A stretch of DNA of 64,000 nt from an uncultured Nitrospiraceae bacterium (GCA_963727775.1 CAVSHB010000004.1:224001-288000), one strand, 5' to 3'; numbered from the stretch's first letter, positions 20,231 to 32,400 are shown. The notes: generated by a model not told the origin, from the sequence alone. Numbers and translations: made by a program.

Positions 20231-20326
20231 CTCATATGCCAAGGTCAAGCAAAGGAAGGGAGTAAAACCCTTGCCTTCTATTGTTGATGCCGAATCCCGC
20301 CGCCGATTCCGGGTACAGGCATTGTC

Positions 20327-21199
20327 TTACCTTATGAAGGATCTGTAAATAGAATAAACAAAGTTCCCTTCTATTGTATATGCATCCATACCCCATGCTT
20401 CTGGCAATGGCCAGTAGGGGGAAGCTTCATTCAATGCCTGCAAAGCAGCTTTATCAAGAATGGGATAGCCCGATCCCCTCACGATTTCAGCGGATCCCAG
20501 TTGTCCGGTTCTATTTATGGTAAATTTGATAACCAAGTCTCCATAGATGCCCTTTTGTGCAGCTTCATCAGGATAGTGCCAGACGCTCTCTATGCGCTCT
20601 TTTAACCTTTGGTTGTAATTCCAGAATTTATATTCTTTTGTATCTAATGTAATAGGCTTATCTCTGTTTATTCTTTTTTCTTCTTTCTCGATATTTCTTT
20701 TCGCAATGTCTCCTATAACGTTTTTATCGAATAGATTCGGTTCCAGATTTTTCGGCTTACCTATGTTTCCGCCTGAAGGTCTCGTATTACTTTCTCCGGA
20801 AATACCCTCCGGAGCTACTTTACCAACGGGCGGCAAGAAGCCGAGGCTACTGCTCTTGATTTCACCGGATGAACTTTTTGAAACAGCTTGAGAATTCTCT
20901 TTCTCTGGCGTTGGTTTCCCTCCGCGTATTGCAGGCGCAGGAGCTACAACTCTTGGCCTCGAAGGCGGCGATTGCCTTACTTTAGGCACTGGCAATATAC
21001 GAGACTTCTTCGGAAGAAGTTCTTCCGGCGAAACGATGTCCGCATAAAATTCTTTCCCTGCGTTCTTGTTTTTTGCAGGAGGAATAATGAATATAATCGC
21101 AGCAATGACAATAGCGTGAACTGCAACGGAATATATAAAAAATCTTTTCAGTGTCAATGCAAATATTCCCCGAAAAGTCTTATGTAATTTCTGAGGCAT
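20327..21199 (-). CDS. TonB/TolA-family energy transducer
   Basis: N-terminal TM helix with SxxxH (YSVAVHA), Pro-rich linker and TonB_C domain (WHYP..A..GIYG..KFTI..G..GSGYPILDKAAL). Confidence 0.85.
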   Translation of the reverse strand: MPQKLHKTFRGIFALTLKRFFIYSVAVHAIVIAAIIFIIPPAKNKNAGKEFYADIVSPEELLPKKSRILPVPKVRQSPPSRPRVVAPAPAIRGGKPTPEKENSQAVSKSSSGEIKSSSLGFLPPVGKVAPEGISGESNTRPSGGNIGKPKNLEPNLFDKNVIGDIAKRNIEKEEKRINRDKPITLDTKEYKFWNYNQRLKERIESVWHYPDEAAQKGIYGDLVIKFTINRTGQLGSAEIVRGSGYPILDKAALQALNEASPYWPLPEAWGMDAYTIEGNFVYSIYRSFIR

Positions 21200-21278
21200 T
21201 CTCTGTTGCTGTCATGCCTAAGCCACAGTCGTAAAGATGCAGCCTGAACCTCGGGCCGCCTGCGCAAGGATATGCCTC

Positions 21279-21680
21279 TCATTTCAGGCTTATTTTCGGC
21301 TCGGTAATCATGCCAAGCTTTTCTATGCCTGCCTCCTTTATCTCACCCATGACCTCGACAACAAACCCGTAAGGCACATCTTTATCCGCTTTCAGAAACA
21401 CATTGGGGTTCAATTTGCTTATCGCTTCGAGTTTATGCCGCATTTCCGCCACCGTAACAGGATTATCGTTCAGATAAACCATCCCGTCCTTTTTTACTAT
21501 GAGGGTTATTCTTTCTTCAGGGGGCAGGTCTTTTCCCTTGGCTTTCGGAAGGTTTATATCAATCCCCTGCTGAAGTAAAGGCGCTGTTACCATAAAGATC
21601 ACAAGGAGCACAAGCATTACATCGACAAAAGGGGTCACATTTATTTCAGAGAGGACAGTTCTCTCTTTATTCAACTTCAT
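21279..21680 (-). CDS. tolR: TolR/ExbD biopolymer transport protein
   Basis: EINVTPFVDVMLVLLVIFMVTAP and KADKDVPYG. Confidence 0.88.
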   Translation of the reverse strand: MKLNKERTVLSEINVTPFVDVMLVLLVIFMVTAPLLQQGIDINLPKAKGKDLPPEERITLIVKKDGMVYLNDNPVTVAEMRHKLEAISKLNPNVFLKADKDVPYGFVVEVMGEIKEAGIEKLGMITEPKISLK

Positions 21681-22306
21681 GCATTATCCCTTGTAAAAAA
21701 ATCGAGGAGTTCTTCTGAAAAGTCCTCCATCTCAATAATCATCCGCCGGGCCATGCTGAGATAGTAATTGTACGCGATTACGGCAGGTATAGCTGCGACA
21801 AGTCCCGCGGCAGTGGCTATAAGGGATTCGGCGATTCCGGGGGCGACAACCGCGAGTGAGGCAGCGCCGGCTGTACCGATATTCCTGAAGGAATTCATGA
21901 TCCCCCAGACTGTCCCGAATAATCCGATAAACGGGGTTGTCGAGCCCGTTGTCGCAAGAAAATTAAGGTACTTCTCAAGTTTCGCGGATTCGAGGGCGCC
22001 ATATCTTCTGAGAAGTCTCTTAGACTCGCTCTTATCCTTATGTATTTCATCGGTATATACTGATCTGAACAGATTTGCAATAGGGCTCATCATCAAATTC
22101 CTTGTTGCCTGGAACAAGCCTTTAGAGTCCCTGTTCGATCTGTAGGCCCTTAAGAATTCCTGAGACTCTTTATTCGCCTTTGAAAAATATCTCTGTTTGA
22201 AGAATATGATCGCCCACGATACCACCGAAAAAAACAGAAGGATGATTAAAACAATCTTTACTATAATACCTGCCTGCAGGATTAACTGAATCGCCGAATC
22301 TTTCAT
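21677..22306 (-). CDS. tolQ: TolQ/ExbB proton-channel protein
   Basis: LATTGSTTPFIGLFGTVWGIM and VAPGIAESLIATAAGL. Confidence 0.9.
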   Translation of the reverse strand: MKDSAIQLILQAGIIVKIVLIILLFFSVVSWAIIFFKQRYFSKANKESQEFLRAYRSNRDSKGLFQATRNLMMSPIANLFRSVYTDEIHKDKSESKRLLRRYGALESAKLEKYLNFLATTGSTTPFIGLFGTVWGIMNSFRNIGTAGAASLAVVAPGIAESLIATAAGLVAAIPAVIAYNYYLSMARRMIIEMEDFSEELLDFFTRDNA

Positions 22307-22983
22307 AATAACCTCATATATATAATGATTTTAAAAAAACTTTAATAGGGTTTAGATTCAAAAGTTAAATCGAAACTATAAGCAGCAAAGCTAAAGAATA
22401 TCGGCACCTTAAAGTCCGTAACAACAGTATTACTAACATCCGCATTGACTATCCCTTCTGCGGTTTCATCTGTTTGCTTTGCTTCAGCCTCGCATTCTCA
22501 AGGCCAACCTGCGAAACTTTGCAATTATAAAGGGCCTGTATGCAGGACAACTTTCCGTTCGAAAACAATACCTCTGCATCGCCGACTTCAATGGATTTCT
22601 AATGTCTGACAGACCTTCCGGTTGTATCTCACAATCTCCTTCCGTTATTTTTAATAGTATTCTCTATCAAGTATGACGCTGGAAAAATAAAAAGGTTACA
22701 ACTTATTCCGATAAATATAATGAGGAGTGTATTCCCACCCATATGAGCCCGTCGGACTTATGGCTTTTTTGGCCAAAATCCTTGGGTAGTCCGTGTTACC
22801 CTCAGAAATAAAAATAAGCGACTTGTGTTAACGTCTTGTCATTCTTAAGATCACGGTTAGGCTTTATCCTGTGATATACTTTGTAAAATTGTGAAGTTCA
22901 ACCGCAAATCATCAAACAATAAGGAAATTTTGTTATTTCTGTTACAGATATTCGATTGAATATAATATATAGAAAATCTGCCC

Positions 22984-23829
22984 ATGAAAACTACTGAATA
23001 CATTAGCAATCAGTCTAAGCCAATTTGCATAGCATTATGCCTTGTAATTCTTTTTCTTATAGGAATTATTGATTATATGACCTGGGAGGAATTAAGTTTA
23101 TCTGTATTCTATTTACTCCCTGTGTCACTTGCAACTTGGCGCGCAGGCAGATGGATTGGAATCTTGTTTTGTTTTGTTGCTGCAATAGTATGGTTTTTCT
23201 CAGATTTTATGACAGGTCATGTATATCCACATTTTATCATCCCGTATTGGAATGCTTTTGAACGATTGGCCTTTTTCCTTATAGTTTCGTATACTTTATC
23301 AAGGCTGAAAAATTCACTTATGCAGGAAAAACTGTTAGCCAGGATAGATCCATTAACTGGACTCTTGAATCCAAGATCTTTTAATGATTCGGCACAGACA
23401 GAGATAGATAAAGCCAGCAGATTTAAGCGCCCTTTTACTGTTGCATTCATTGATCTGGACAATTTTAAAATGGTTAATGATCAGTTGGGTCATAGTGTAG
23501 GGGATGTTCTTTTGCAGTTAGTTGCAGAGACAATTAAAAAAAATACTCGGGTAGTTGATATAGTTGCTCGACTCGGAGGCGATGAGTTCATTATTCTTTT
23601 GCCGGAAACAGGAATTGAATCCGCACAAGTAGTTTTTAGAAAGCTTCAAGAGCGAATCATGGAAGCTATGCAGAAAAACAGATGGCCCATAACATTAAGT
23701 ATTGGTGCAGTTACATATATCAATCCACCCGATACGGTTGATAATATGCTAAAGAAGGCAGACAATCTTATGTACTCTGCAAAAAATAGCGGGAAAAATA
23801 AGATCATACAGGAATTAATTGACAAATAA
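22984..23829 (+). CDS. Membrane-bound diguanylate cyclase (4-TM sensor + GGDEF)
   Basis: Hydrophobic N-terminus, DPLTGLLN, DLDNFK and RLGGDEF. Confidence 0.92.
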   Translation: MKTTEYISNQSKPICIALCLVILFLIGIIDYMTWEELSLSVFYLLPVSLATWRAGRWIGILFCFVAAIVWFFSDFMTGHVYPHFIIPYWNAFERLAFFLIVSYTLSRLKNSLMQEKLLARIDPLTGLLNPRSFNDSAQTEIDKASRFKRPFTVAFIDLDNFKMVNDQLGHSVGDVLLQLVAETIKKNTRVVDIVARLGGDEFIILLPETGIESAQVVFRKLQERIMEAMQKNRWPITLSIGAVTYINPPDTVDNMLKKADNLMYSAKNSGKNKIIQELIDK

Positions 23830-23948
23830 GAACTGTTTTAGAATAGTATCCCATAAAGAGCTTTCGCCATTTTTTTATTAATTACAAAGGCAGGGAAAGG
23901 TGCTCGACGTTAATATTTTTTGTCGGTTTCTGCAGTTTTCTTAGTTCT

Positions 23949-24710
23949 TCATAAGACAGTGGTTTTGGTTTGTTGTTCATCGTTACCTCCATGCGGATTA
24001 CGTATTTTCTTTTTTTTCAGTTTTGCTTTTTTCTTTCTGTATCCTATGATATGGATCTTTCTTAGCAACTTTTCAAGCCTGTTTTTAAATACAAGGACAA
24101 GAAAAATAATGGTGAGAGCAATTCCCGCAAGGATAAATAATTCTTGATACTGCTTACGTCTTATATAATCCCCTCCCAAAGTTTCCAGAACCGTGCCCAG
24201 TAACCTGCCAATACTGGTAATTGCGAGAAATTCAATCGTGGAGAGATAACCGAGGGTGTAACATAAGTAATCTTTAGGAAACCCTGGAATAAGAAAAAGT
24301 AGAAATATTGTAAACCTTCCTTTATTGTGGGAAATATTCTTGAAACGGAGCATTAAGTTTTTATTGAATAACTTGTTAATAAACACCCTTTCAAATCTAC
24401 GAGAAAGCAAAAAGACGATGTACCCGCCTATTGTCGTTCCTATTGTTGACAAAATAACTCCGTTAACTGTGCCATAGATATAGCCTCCAAGCATGTTTAA
24501 AAACATACCTGGGATTGCGGGGATAATAACCTGCACAGCCTCTAAGAAAACAAATCCTGCTTCATCCCACACTCCCATAGAATCAAGGAATCGAAAGATG
24601 CGTTCTTTACTTGTAAAAAACTGCCATGCCCCCAGCCGATGGAACAAGAGAAAGACCCCACTCATGATTATGAGGAGCAATAATGGCTCTATCCATGCAA
24701 ACCGTTTCAT
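23949..24710 (-). CDS. TVP38/TMEM64 (DedA superfamily) membrane protein
   Basis: QVIIPAIPG..GGYIYG, FLLSRRF and FLIPGFPKDYLCY motifs. Confidence 0.85.
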   Translation of the reverse strand: MKRFAWIEPLLLLIIMSGVFLLFHRLGAWQFFTSKERIFRFLDSMGVWDEAGFVFLEAVQVIIPAIPGMFLNMLGGYIYGTVNGVILSTIGTTIGGYIVFLLSRRFERVFINKLFNKNLMLRFKNISHNKGRFTIFLLFLIPGFPKDYLCYTLGYLSTIEFLAITSIGRLLGTVLETLGGDYIRRKQYQELFILAGIALTIIFLVLVFKNRLEKLLRKIHIIGYRKKKAKLKKKKIRNPHGGNDEQQTKTTVL

Positions 24711-24807
24711 GGAAACCTCCCGGTGATCGTCATGAAGATAGTTTATATCGTAAGGAACACCTTGTCTATGGCTGGCTTGAGGCTTGTTATGAATATTTTA
24801 TCCGGTC

Positions 24808-25103
24808 GATACCGCTGGATTTGGGTACTATTAGACTATGCGAAAGTATACTGAAAATTTTATTGGTTCCGTTAGGTACGATCTTCATACAGCGGAACAT
24901 GTGCTTGAGATTGGGAGATACATATATGTTTGGTTGTAACCTTCTGCTCCTTTTCATCGTCTTAAATTTACAAAAGCAAAGAAGGAGGTTAAATCATGAA
25001 GAAAGGTATCATAGCTCTTACGGTCTTCGCAGTTTTATTGGCTGTAATAGTTGCTGTTGGAGTCTCCAACTCAGAGGCTGCTTATTTTGGTCACAGATCC
25101 GGC
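24808..25103 (+). repeat. 296-bp duplication, copy 1 (matches 38559-38854)
   Basis: Direct alignment by eye shows about 11 substitutions and no indels. Confidence 0.95.
24935..24962 (+). promoter_or_regulatory. Putative ECF sigma promoter TGTAAC-N17-CGTCT
   Basis: Same motif and spacing at 38686 and 53384; RBS and ATG follow 34 nt downstream. Confidence 0.6.
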
Positions 25104-25106
25104 TAA
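24996..25106 (+). pseudogene. Truncated signal-peptide-only copy of the 38747-39232 gene
   Basis: MKKGIIALTVFAVLLAVIVAVGVSNSEAAYFGHRSG* ends exactly at the duplication boundary. Confidence 0.75.
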
Positions 25107-25235
25107 TGGTAGACTGCAAATTTATACAATTTGCTCAAAATTAACCTTAATTATCTTTTCATGTTTTACTCATTCTTTTTTCACAAGTTGTCTATACTAT
25201 GTGTGTCAACGACAGAAGATACGGGAGGATTATTA

Positions 25236-25532
25236 ATGACTGAAACGGCGAATAATAAGAAAAATATTTCAAGGCATATTTTGCCGACATCTGCAAATTT
25301 ATTAGGATTATGTTTTGTAATTCTCACTTTTATAAAAGTTCTAAAGTTGGGAAATGAGACCGTTATCGATGAGCTGGTAGCAGTGGCAATAGTTTTATTT
25401 TTTACTTCCAGCTTTTTCTCTTATGTATCCATGCGATCCAACAGATGGGTGGAATCGTGTGAAAAAATGGCAGACAGCATTTTTTTGATTGGATTGTTCA
25501 TTCTGTCTCTATGTTCAGCTGGTTGCATTTGA
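25236..25532 (+). CDS. Small 3-TM membrane protein
   Basis: RBS GGAGG before ATG 25236; HILPTSANLLGLCF and three hydrophobic segments. Confidence 0.7.
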   Translation: MTETANNKKNISRHILPTSANLLGLCFVILTFIKVLKLGNETVIDELVAVAIVLFFTSSFFSYVSMRSNRWVESCEKMADSIFLIGLFILSLCSAGCI

Positions 25533-25848
25533 GGCAATAAGATAAGCAAGTGAACCATCTTAAGGTGATTCACTCGAAGAAGCAGAACGGGCTTTAGCGA
25601 GATTTATTAGAGGTTTTTGCAAAATGTCACGTCTAAAACGTTGAAAGGATTGAACTTGAGGTGGAAAACAATTTATTTGCCGGTTTCAACGAATACCTTA
25701 ATAGACAGTCAAAAGCATTATTATTTGCATATGGCTTCATATCTGTACTCATTGTGGGAGCTGTCGATTATGTCACGGGTAGTGAGCTAAGCGTTGTAGT
25801 ATTCTGATGTAGGATGGAAAAAGTGGACACCAAAGTCAGATAAAATAA

Positions 25849-26184
25849 ATGAAAGACGGAGGTGTCAGAATGAAAGGGATTCCGCAGGGACGTTACACGA
25901 AGGAGTTTCGTGGGGAGGCAGTGAAGATGGTGTTAGCCGGGGGTATATCGTTGCTGGAGGCAGCTCACCGGCTGTCATTGCCGCCCTCGACGTTAGGGAA
26001 CTGGGTCAAGGCGCATAAAGCTGGCAAGCTGGAAGATATAGGCAAGACACAGAAGCCACTGACGGAGCTAGAGATGGAACTGGCAAGGGTAAAGAAAGAG
26101 CTGGTAGAGACGAGAATGGAGCGTGATCTGCTAAAAAAAGCTGCCGCGTACTTTGCGAAGGAGTCGCTGCCCGGTACGCGCTAA
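25849..26184 (+). CDS. IS3 OrfA (HTH)
   Basis: YTKEFR.EAV and LKKAAAYFAK; A7G slippery site at 26133-26140 for -1 frameshift into OrfB. Confidence 0.92.
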   Translation: MKDGGVRMKGIPQGRYTKEFRGEAVKMVLAGGISLLEAAHRLSLPPSTLGNWVKAHKAGKLEDIGKTQKPLTELEMELARVKKELVETRMERDLLKKAAAYFAKESLPGTR

Positions 26185-27044
26185 TGAAAGAAATGCGACT
26201 TCAATATTCAGTGCCGCTGATGTGCCGGATATATAACGTATCGGCAAGCGGATACTATGCACACGTGACAAGGCCGCTTTCTAAGCGGGGGCAGGAAGAC
26301 GCCCGCTTGGAGGTTGAGATTAAGGCTGCACATAAGAGGACACGGCGGGTATGCGGCGCTGAGAGATTACAGAAGGATTTGGCAGACAACGGTATTGCAG
26401 TGGGTGTTTGCCGGATCAAGCGACTCAGGAAGAAGCTCGGTATACGCTGTAAGCAGACGAAGAAATTCAAAACTACAACTGACTCAAAACATACGCTTCC
26501 GGTGGCTGAGAACCTACTGGACCAGCAGTTTGAAGTATCCAGGCCGAACATGGCATGGTTGAGCGATATAACATATGTTTGGACCGATGAAGGATGGCTG
26601 TACCTTGCCGCGCACAAGGATCTTTTTAACGGTGAGATAGTCGGATACGCAATGGGAGAACGGATAACGAAGAGCCTTGTAAGTCAGTCTTTATTCCGTG
26701 CCGTTGCAGCGAAGCGTCCAGGGAAGGGGCTGATTCATCACTCGGATCGCGGGAGCCAATATTGTGCTCATGATTATCGGAAGCTTCTTAATCAGTTCGG
26801 CATGACGGCATCAATGAGTAGAAAAGGGAATTGCTACGACAATGCCCCGATGGAGAGTTTCTGGGGCACGCTGAAGCAGGAGCTTGTCCATCACAGACGC
26901 TACAGGAACAGACAAGAGGCAGTGCAGGATATCACGGAATATATCGAGATCTTCTACAACAGGCAGCGCCGACAGGCAAGACTTGGATATCTATCCCCAG
27001 TTGCTTATGAGTATCAATTCTATGCACGAGAGCTGGCAGCATGA
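26184..27044 (+). CDS. IS3 OrfB (rve integrase-type DDE)
   Basis: WLSDITY, HHSDRGSQY and DNAPMESF. Confidence 0.95.
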   Translation: MKEMRLQYSVPLMCRIYNVSASGYYAHVTRPLSKRGQEDARLEVEIKAAHKRTRRVCGAERLQKDLADNGIAVGVCRIKRLRKKLGIRCKQTKKFKTTTDSKHTLPVAENLLDQQFEVSRPNMAWLSDITYVWTDEGWLYLAAHKDLFNGEIVGYAMGERITKSLVSQSLFRAVAAKRPGKGLIHHSDRGSQYCAHDYRKLLNQFGMTASMSRKGNCYDNAPMESFWGTLKQELVHHRRYRNRQEAVQDITEYIEIFYNRQRRQARLGYLSPVAYEYQFYARELAA

Positions 27045-28221
27045 AAGGTTTGGTGTCCACTATTGACATCCGAGGTCATTCTACCTGCTTCCAATATCTC
27101 TTATTGCTTGGTCTGCAAACAGGAAAACGAGTATATTGATGTGCGTTATAAGCGCGGCAATCGAGTTTGTGGCCAATTCTGCTGCAGGACGAACTTATTC
27201 TCATTATCTTATTGCCTTCTGGAACAGTATGATGTTACTTAGCTTCTTTCTCACATATGTTCTTGTTTTGTTAACAATGAGGACGGAATATAAAGCGAAA
27301 GTAAACCTCATAGATAAACTCGATAATGCGCTTTCAGAACTCGACCTCGCCAAAAAAGACTTGGAGCAAAAGGCACAGGAGTTGGCAAGGTCCAATGATG
27401 ATTTAAAGGAATTTGCTTATGCCATTTCACACGATCTGAAAGAGCCTTTGCGTGTCATTGATGGGTTTGTAAAATTGTTGGCGAAGCGCTATAAAGGCAA
27501 CCTGTCTTCCGATGCTGACAATTTCATAGAATATACCGTTGACGGTGTTAAAAGGATGCAGTTGATGATCAAAGACCTGTTGGAATATTCGCTGGTTGGA
27601 ACAAAAATCGAGGATTTGGAACCAACTGACAGCACACTTGTTATCGAACAGGACCTTCTAAATCTCCAGACAGCTATCGAGGAAAGTGGCGCAGAAGTCA
27701 CCTATGACCCTCTCCCCAAGGTAATGGCTGACGCCTCACAATTGACGAGATTATTCCAGAACCTGATCGGGAATGCCATCAAGTTTCGCGGTAAGGAGGC
27801 ACTAAAAATTCATATTTCATCCGAACAAAGAGATAATGAATGGATCTTTTCTGTTCGGGACAATGGTATCGGAATAGATCGCGATCATTTTGGTAGAATA
27901 TTTGTCATTTTCCAGCGTCTTCATACAAGAGAGGAATATGACGGTACTGGCATAGGCCTCGCGATCTGCAAAAAAATTGTGGAACGGCACGGCGGTCGTA
28001 TTTGGGTTGAGTCTGAAACTGGAAAGGGAGCAACATTTTACTTCACAATCCCAACAGATAGTACTACCTAAATCATTCTTCTTCGGGAAAGTTGACTCCG
28101 CAGGAATTATTTGTATACTTATGATATAAAAGCATCGCTTCCGTAAACCGACACTCTACGTGAAGGAAGGCTTTAGAGATTTCGGCGAGAATTCAAGACC
28201 TATAGTATTCTTAGTGAGAGG

Positions 28222-29436
28222 ATGACCAAAATGGCTACTGAAGAACTTAAAGAAAACGAAGTAGAGCGAAAGCCCCGTCTCGCGGCCTCGCGTAAGCTCT
28301 GGTGGATCTGGCTGACGGTTGTTTGTCTTGTCGCCGTCGGGTTCTATTTTTATTTCGCTAAAGCGCCGGCTCGCTCCGCCAAGCAAGGTCCAAACGTTCG
28401 CACCGTCCCTGTAGTAACGGTTCCAGCGAAAAAGGGCGATATCAGAATCTATCTAAGCGGGCTCGGCTCGGTAACGCCGCTTAATACCGTCACAGTCAAG
28501 AGCAGAGTTGACGGACAACTGATGAAGGTCCTTTTCCGTGAGGGTCAGATCGTCAACTCCGGAGATCTGCTGGCCGAAATAGACCCTCGGCCCTTTGAGG
28601 TGCAGTTGGCCCAGGCTGAGGGACAAATGGCCCGCGACCAGGCGCTGCTGAAAAACGCGGTGCTCGATCTGAAACGCTATCAGGTGTTATCTGAGCAGGA
28701 TTCGATCTCTAAGCAGCAGTTGGATACGCAAGAGGCGCTGGTGCGTCAGTATGAAGGAGCCGTTAAAGTGGACCAGGGACAAATCGATAATGCCAAGCTG
28801 CAGATCGTTTACTGTGGTATCACCGCACCGATTAGTGGACGAGTGGGGCTGCGCTTGGTGGACCCCGGCAATATCATTCACGCAACCGATACAAACGGGT
28901 TGATTGTGATCACGCAACTCCAACCTATCACGATAATTTTTTCGATTCCCGAGGACAACCTGACAGAGGTGTTACGCAAGCTTAAGGCAAGCCAGCGCAT
29001 ACCGGTGGAGGCTTTTAATCGTGAGCAAAATCAAAAAATCGCTTCCGGATACTTGCTTACAATCGACAATCAGATCGATCCGACAACCGGTACGGTCCGT
29101 CTCAAGGCAATGTTTCCAAATAAGGAGAATGAACTTTTCCCTAACCAATTCGTCAACGCCCTTCTTCTTCTGGACACGAAACATGGAACCACTATTGTGC
29201 CGCAAGCCGCAATACAGCGGAGCCCAAAGGGGGCATTCGTGTATGTAGTGAAGTCCGATCAGACAGCGGAGGTGCGGCCGGTCGGTGTGGGACCATCTGA
29301 GGGAGACGATATCTCCATAGACAAAGGGCTGTCGCCCGGTGAAATGGTCGTTGTGGAAGGCGCGGACAGACTGCGAGAGGGCAGCAAGGTCGAACTTCAA
29401 AGTCAGGCGCAAAACAAACCCCGCAAAGCCAAGTAG
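28222..29436 (+). CDS. mdtA: MdtA/MuxA-type RND periplasmic adaptor
   Basis: [34 protein letters not shown] and [11 protein letters not shown]. Confidence 0.88.
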   Translation: MTKMATEELKENEVERKPRLAASRKLWWIWLTVVCLVAVGFYFYFAKAPARSAKQGPNVRTVPVVTVPAKKGDIRIYLSGLGSVTPLNTVTVKSRVDGQLMKVLFREGQIVNSGDLLAEIDPRPFEVQLAQAEGQMARDQALLKNAVLDLKRYQVLSEQDSISKQQLDTQEALVRQYEGAVKVDQGQIDNAKLQIVYCGITAPISGRVGLRLVDPGNIIHATDTNGLIVITQLQPITIIFSIPEDNLTEVLRKLKASQRIPVEAFNREQNQKIASGYLLTIDNQIDPTTGTVRLKAMFPNKENELFPNQFVNALLLLDTKHGTTIVPQAAIQRSPKGAFVYVVKSDQTAEVRPVGVGPSEGDDISIDKGLSPGEMVVVEGADRLREGSKVELQSQAQNKPRKAK

Positions 29437-29450
29437 ATGAATACAGACAG

Positions 29451-32400
29451 ATGAATCCTTCGCGTACCTTCATAGTGCGGCCGGTGGCAACCACGCTGCT
29501 GATGGCCGCCATTCTTCTGGCCGGCGCCGTGGCATACCGACTGTTGCCTGTCTCGGCCTTACCGCAGGTGGATTACCCGACGATCCAGGTCGTGACTTTT
29601 TATCCGGGCGCAAGCCCGGACGTCGCCGCCTCGTCCATCACTGCGCCGCTGGAGCGCCAGTTCGGGCAGATGCCGGGACTAAGACAGATGACATCCACAA
29701 GTTCCGGCGGAAGTTCGGTAATCACTCTGCAATTCAGTCTCGACCTAAGCCTCGATGTCGCAGAACAGGAAGTGCAGGCAGCCATCAATGCCGCAACCAC
29801 ATTTCTTCCTCGGGACCTGCCGAACCCTCCCGTCTACAGCAAGGTTAACCCCGCAGATGCGCCGATTCTGACCCTGGCGCTGACTTCAGACACTTTGCCC
29901 TTGCCTCAGATAGAAGACCTATCGGACACAAGGCTCGCGCAGAAGATATCCCAGCTTTCCGGCGTGGGGCTTGTCAGTATCAGCGGCGGGCAGAGACCGG
30001 CGGTCAGGGTACAAGCAAACCCCACGGTCCTTGCTGCCTATGGACTTACACTTGAAGACATGCGCACGGCCCTCTCGGCGGCAAACGTTAATCAGGCCAA
30101 GGGCGGTTTCGACGGTTCCCGACAGTCCTCCATCATCGGGGCAAACGATCAGCTCCTTTCGAGCAAAGAATACAGGCCTCTGGTTGTCGCATATCGCAAT
30201 AACGCACCGGTATTGTTGTCTGATGTGGCTACTGTCATTGATGATGCGGAAAACGTGAAGCAGGCGGCCTGGATGAACGATGCCCCTGCGGTCATAGTGA
30301 ACATACAGCGGCAGCCCGGCACCAATGTCATAGAAGTCGTAGACCGCGTTAAGAGGCTGCTGCCTCAGTTGCAGAGCTCGTTGCCTTCCGCAGTACAGGT
30401 ATCCATTCTTACGGACCGGACCACAACCATTCGGGCGTCGGTCAAAGACGTAGAGTTTGAGTTGATGGTGGCGGTGGCGCTGGTCGTGATGGTAATCTTT
30501 TTGTTTCTTCGAACATTGGCGGCAACATCTATCCCCAGTATCGCAGTCCCCTTGTCCCTCATCGGCACTTTCGGAATAATGTATCTTGTGGGGTTCAGCC
30601 TGAATAACCTCTCGCTGATGGCGCTTACGATCGCGACGGGCTTTGTGGTCGATGACGCGATTGTTATGATCGAAAATATCGCACGATACATAGAACAGGG
30701 AGACCCCCCTCTTCAGGCCGCGCTCAAAGGTTCGGAGCAGATAGCCTTTACCATCATGTCCCTGACCGTCTCTCTCGTGGCGGTGCTCATTCCGCTGCTC
30801 TTTATGGCAGACGTGGTGGGACGGCTGTTCCGCGAATTTGCAATAACCCTCGGGGTCACGATTGTCATCTCGGCGGTAGTGTCGCTTACTCTTACTCCGA
30901 TGATGTGCGCAAGGCTTCTGAAACACAAGCCTGAAGAGCAGCAGAAAAAGCTCTTTCGAATATCGCAGCGGCTTTTTGACCGGGCCATTGAGTTATATGG
31001 AAAGACGCTGAAATGGGTGCTTCAGCATCAGACTTCCACGTTGCTGGTCGCTGTGGGAACTCTGATCCTCACGGTATTTCTCTACATGGTAGTGCCCAAA
31101 GGTTTCTTCCCTGTTCAGGATACAGGGCTTATCATGGGGATTTCCGAAGCGCCGCAATGGACGTCGTTTACCGCAATGGCGGAGCAACAGCAGGCGCTCA
31201 GCAGAGTGATCCTGAAAGACCCTGCGGTCAAGAGTCTATCCACATTTATCGGAGTGGACGGCACGAACACAACCCTCAACAGCGGACGGGTACTCATTAA
31301 CCTGAAGCCGATCGAAGAACGAAAAATGAGCGCGAGCGATATCATACGCCGGATCCAGCCGGCAGTTGCGAAACTCAGAGGGATCACGCTTTACATGCAG
31401 CCGGTGCAGGACCTTACGGTCGAGAGTCGGGTGAGCAAGACCCAATACCAGTACAGCCTCGAAGACCCGGACCTCAGCGAGCTGAATGGCTGGACCCCCA
31501 GGGTTGTCGACGCCCTGCGCAGGCTTCCGGAGCTTCGTGATGTGAGCAGCGACCAGCAGGACCAGGGCCTGCGTGCTTCAGTGGTTATCGACCGGACCAC
31601 GGCATCACGATTAGGGATCACTCCCCAACTCATTGACGACACCCTTTACGACGCCTTCGGGCAGCGTCAGGTTTCTACTATGTTCACGCAGTTGAACCAG
31701 TACCGCCTCATTTTGGAGGTAAAACCTGAATTCAAGCAGAACCCCGGCAAACTGAAAGATATCTACATCCGCAGCTCAGGCGGGGGACAGGTGCCGTTGG
31801 GCGCTGTCACACGCACAGCAGAGACCACTGGACCGCTTATCATAAGCCATCAGGGGCAGTTTCCGGCAACGAATATATCGTTCAATCTGGCGCCGGGGGA
31901 GTCGCTCGGCAAGGCGATAAAGGAGATCGATTCGACCACGCAGAAGATGGGGATGCCCGCAAGTATCCGCAGCAGTTTTCAGGGCACAGCCAAGGCGTTT
32001 CAGTCCTCGCTGGGCAACGAGTATCTGCTGATACTGGCTGCGCTGATCACCGTTTATATTGTGCTCGGGGTGCTGTACGAAAGTTACATTCATCCTATTA
32101 CTATCCTGTCAACGTTGCCGTCGGCCGGCGTCGGTGCGCTTCTCGCGCTGTTGATATGTCGCACGGAATTCAGCGTTATTGCATTGATCGGCATCATTCT
32201 TCTGATCGGCATTGTGAAAAAGAACGGCATTATGATAGTCGACTTTGCCCTCGATGCAGAACGCAGGGAAAGGAAAAGCCCGGTTGATGCAATCTATCAG
32301 GCGTGTCTTTTGAGGTTCCGGCCGATCATGATGACCACGATGTCCGCTCTCCTGGCGGCGCTTCCTTTGGCCTTGGGCACAGGGATGGGTTCAGAGTTGC

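Larger units (their letters stand above)
25805..27078 (+). mobile_element. IS3-family element (1274 bp)
   Basis: TG..CA ends, imperfect IRs TGATGTAGGATGGAAAAAGTGGACACC / TGACCTCGGATGTCAATAGTGGACACC (rc), and 3-bp duplication TTC. Confidence 0.95.
25661..28071 (+). pseudogene. Membrane sensor histidine kinase split by IS3
   Basis: Removing the IS restores ..VDYVTGSELSVVVF-YLLPISLIAW..; the downstream part has SHDLKEPL, NLIGNAIKF, DNGIG and GTGIGL boxes. Confidence 0.9.

Noticed and set aside
19765..20235. 156-aa minus-strand ORF
   Set aside because: Antisense to the RBS- and signal-peptide-supported gene 19814-20170.
20327..22306. tolQ-tolR-tonB without tolB/pal as a novel system
   Set aside because: Stand-alone ExbBD/TolQR-TonB triplets are common; partners may lie elsewhere in the genome.
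24683..25144. 153-aa ORF in the track
   Set aside because: Overlaps the divergent gene start and the duplicated promoter region; the RBS-supported frame is the 36-aa peptide at 24996.
29919..30926. 335-aa and other antisense ORFs within the RND and ABC genes
   Set aside because: Shadow ORFs of GC-rich coding sequence.
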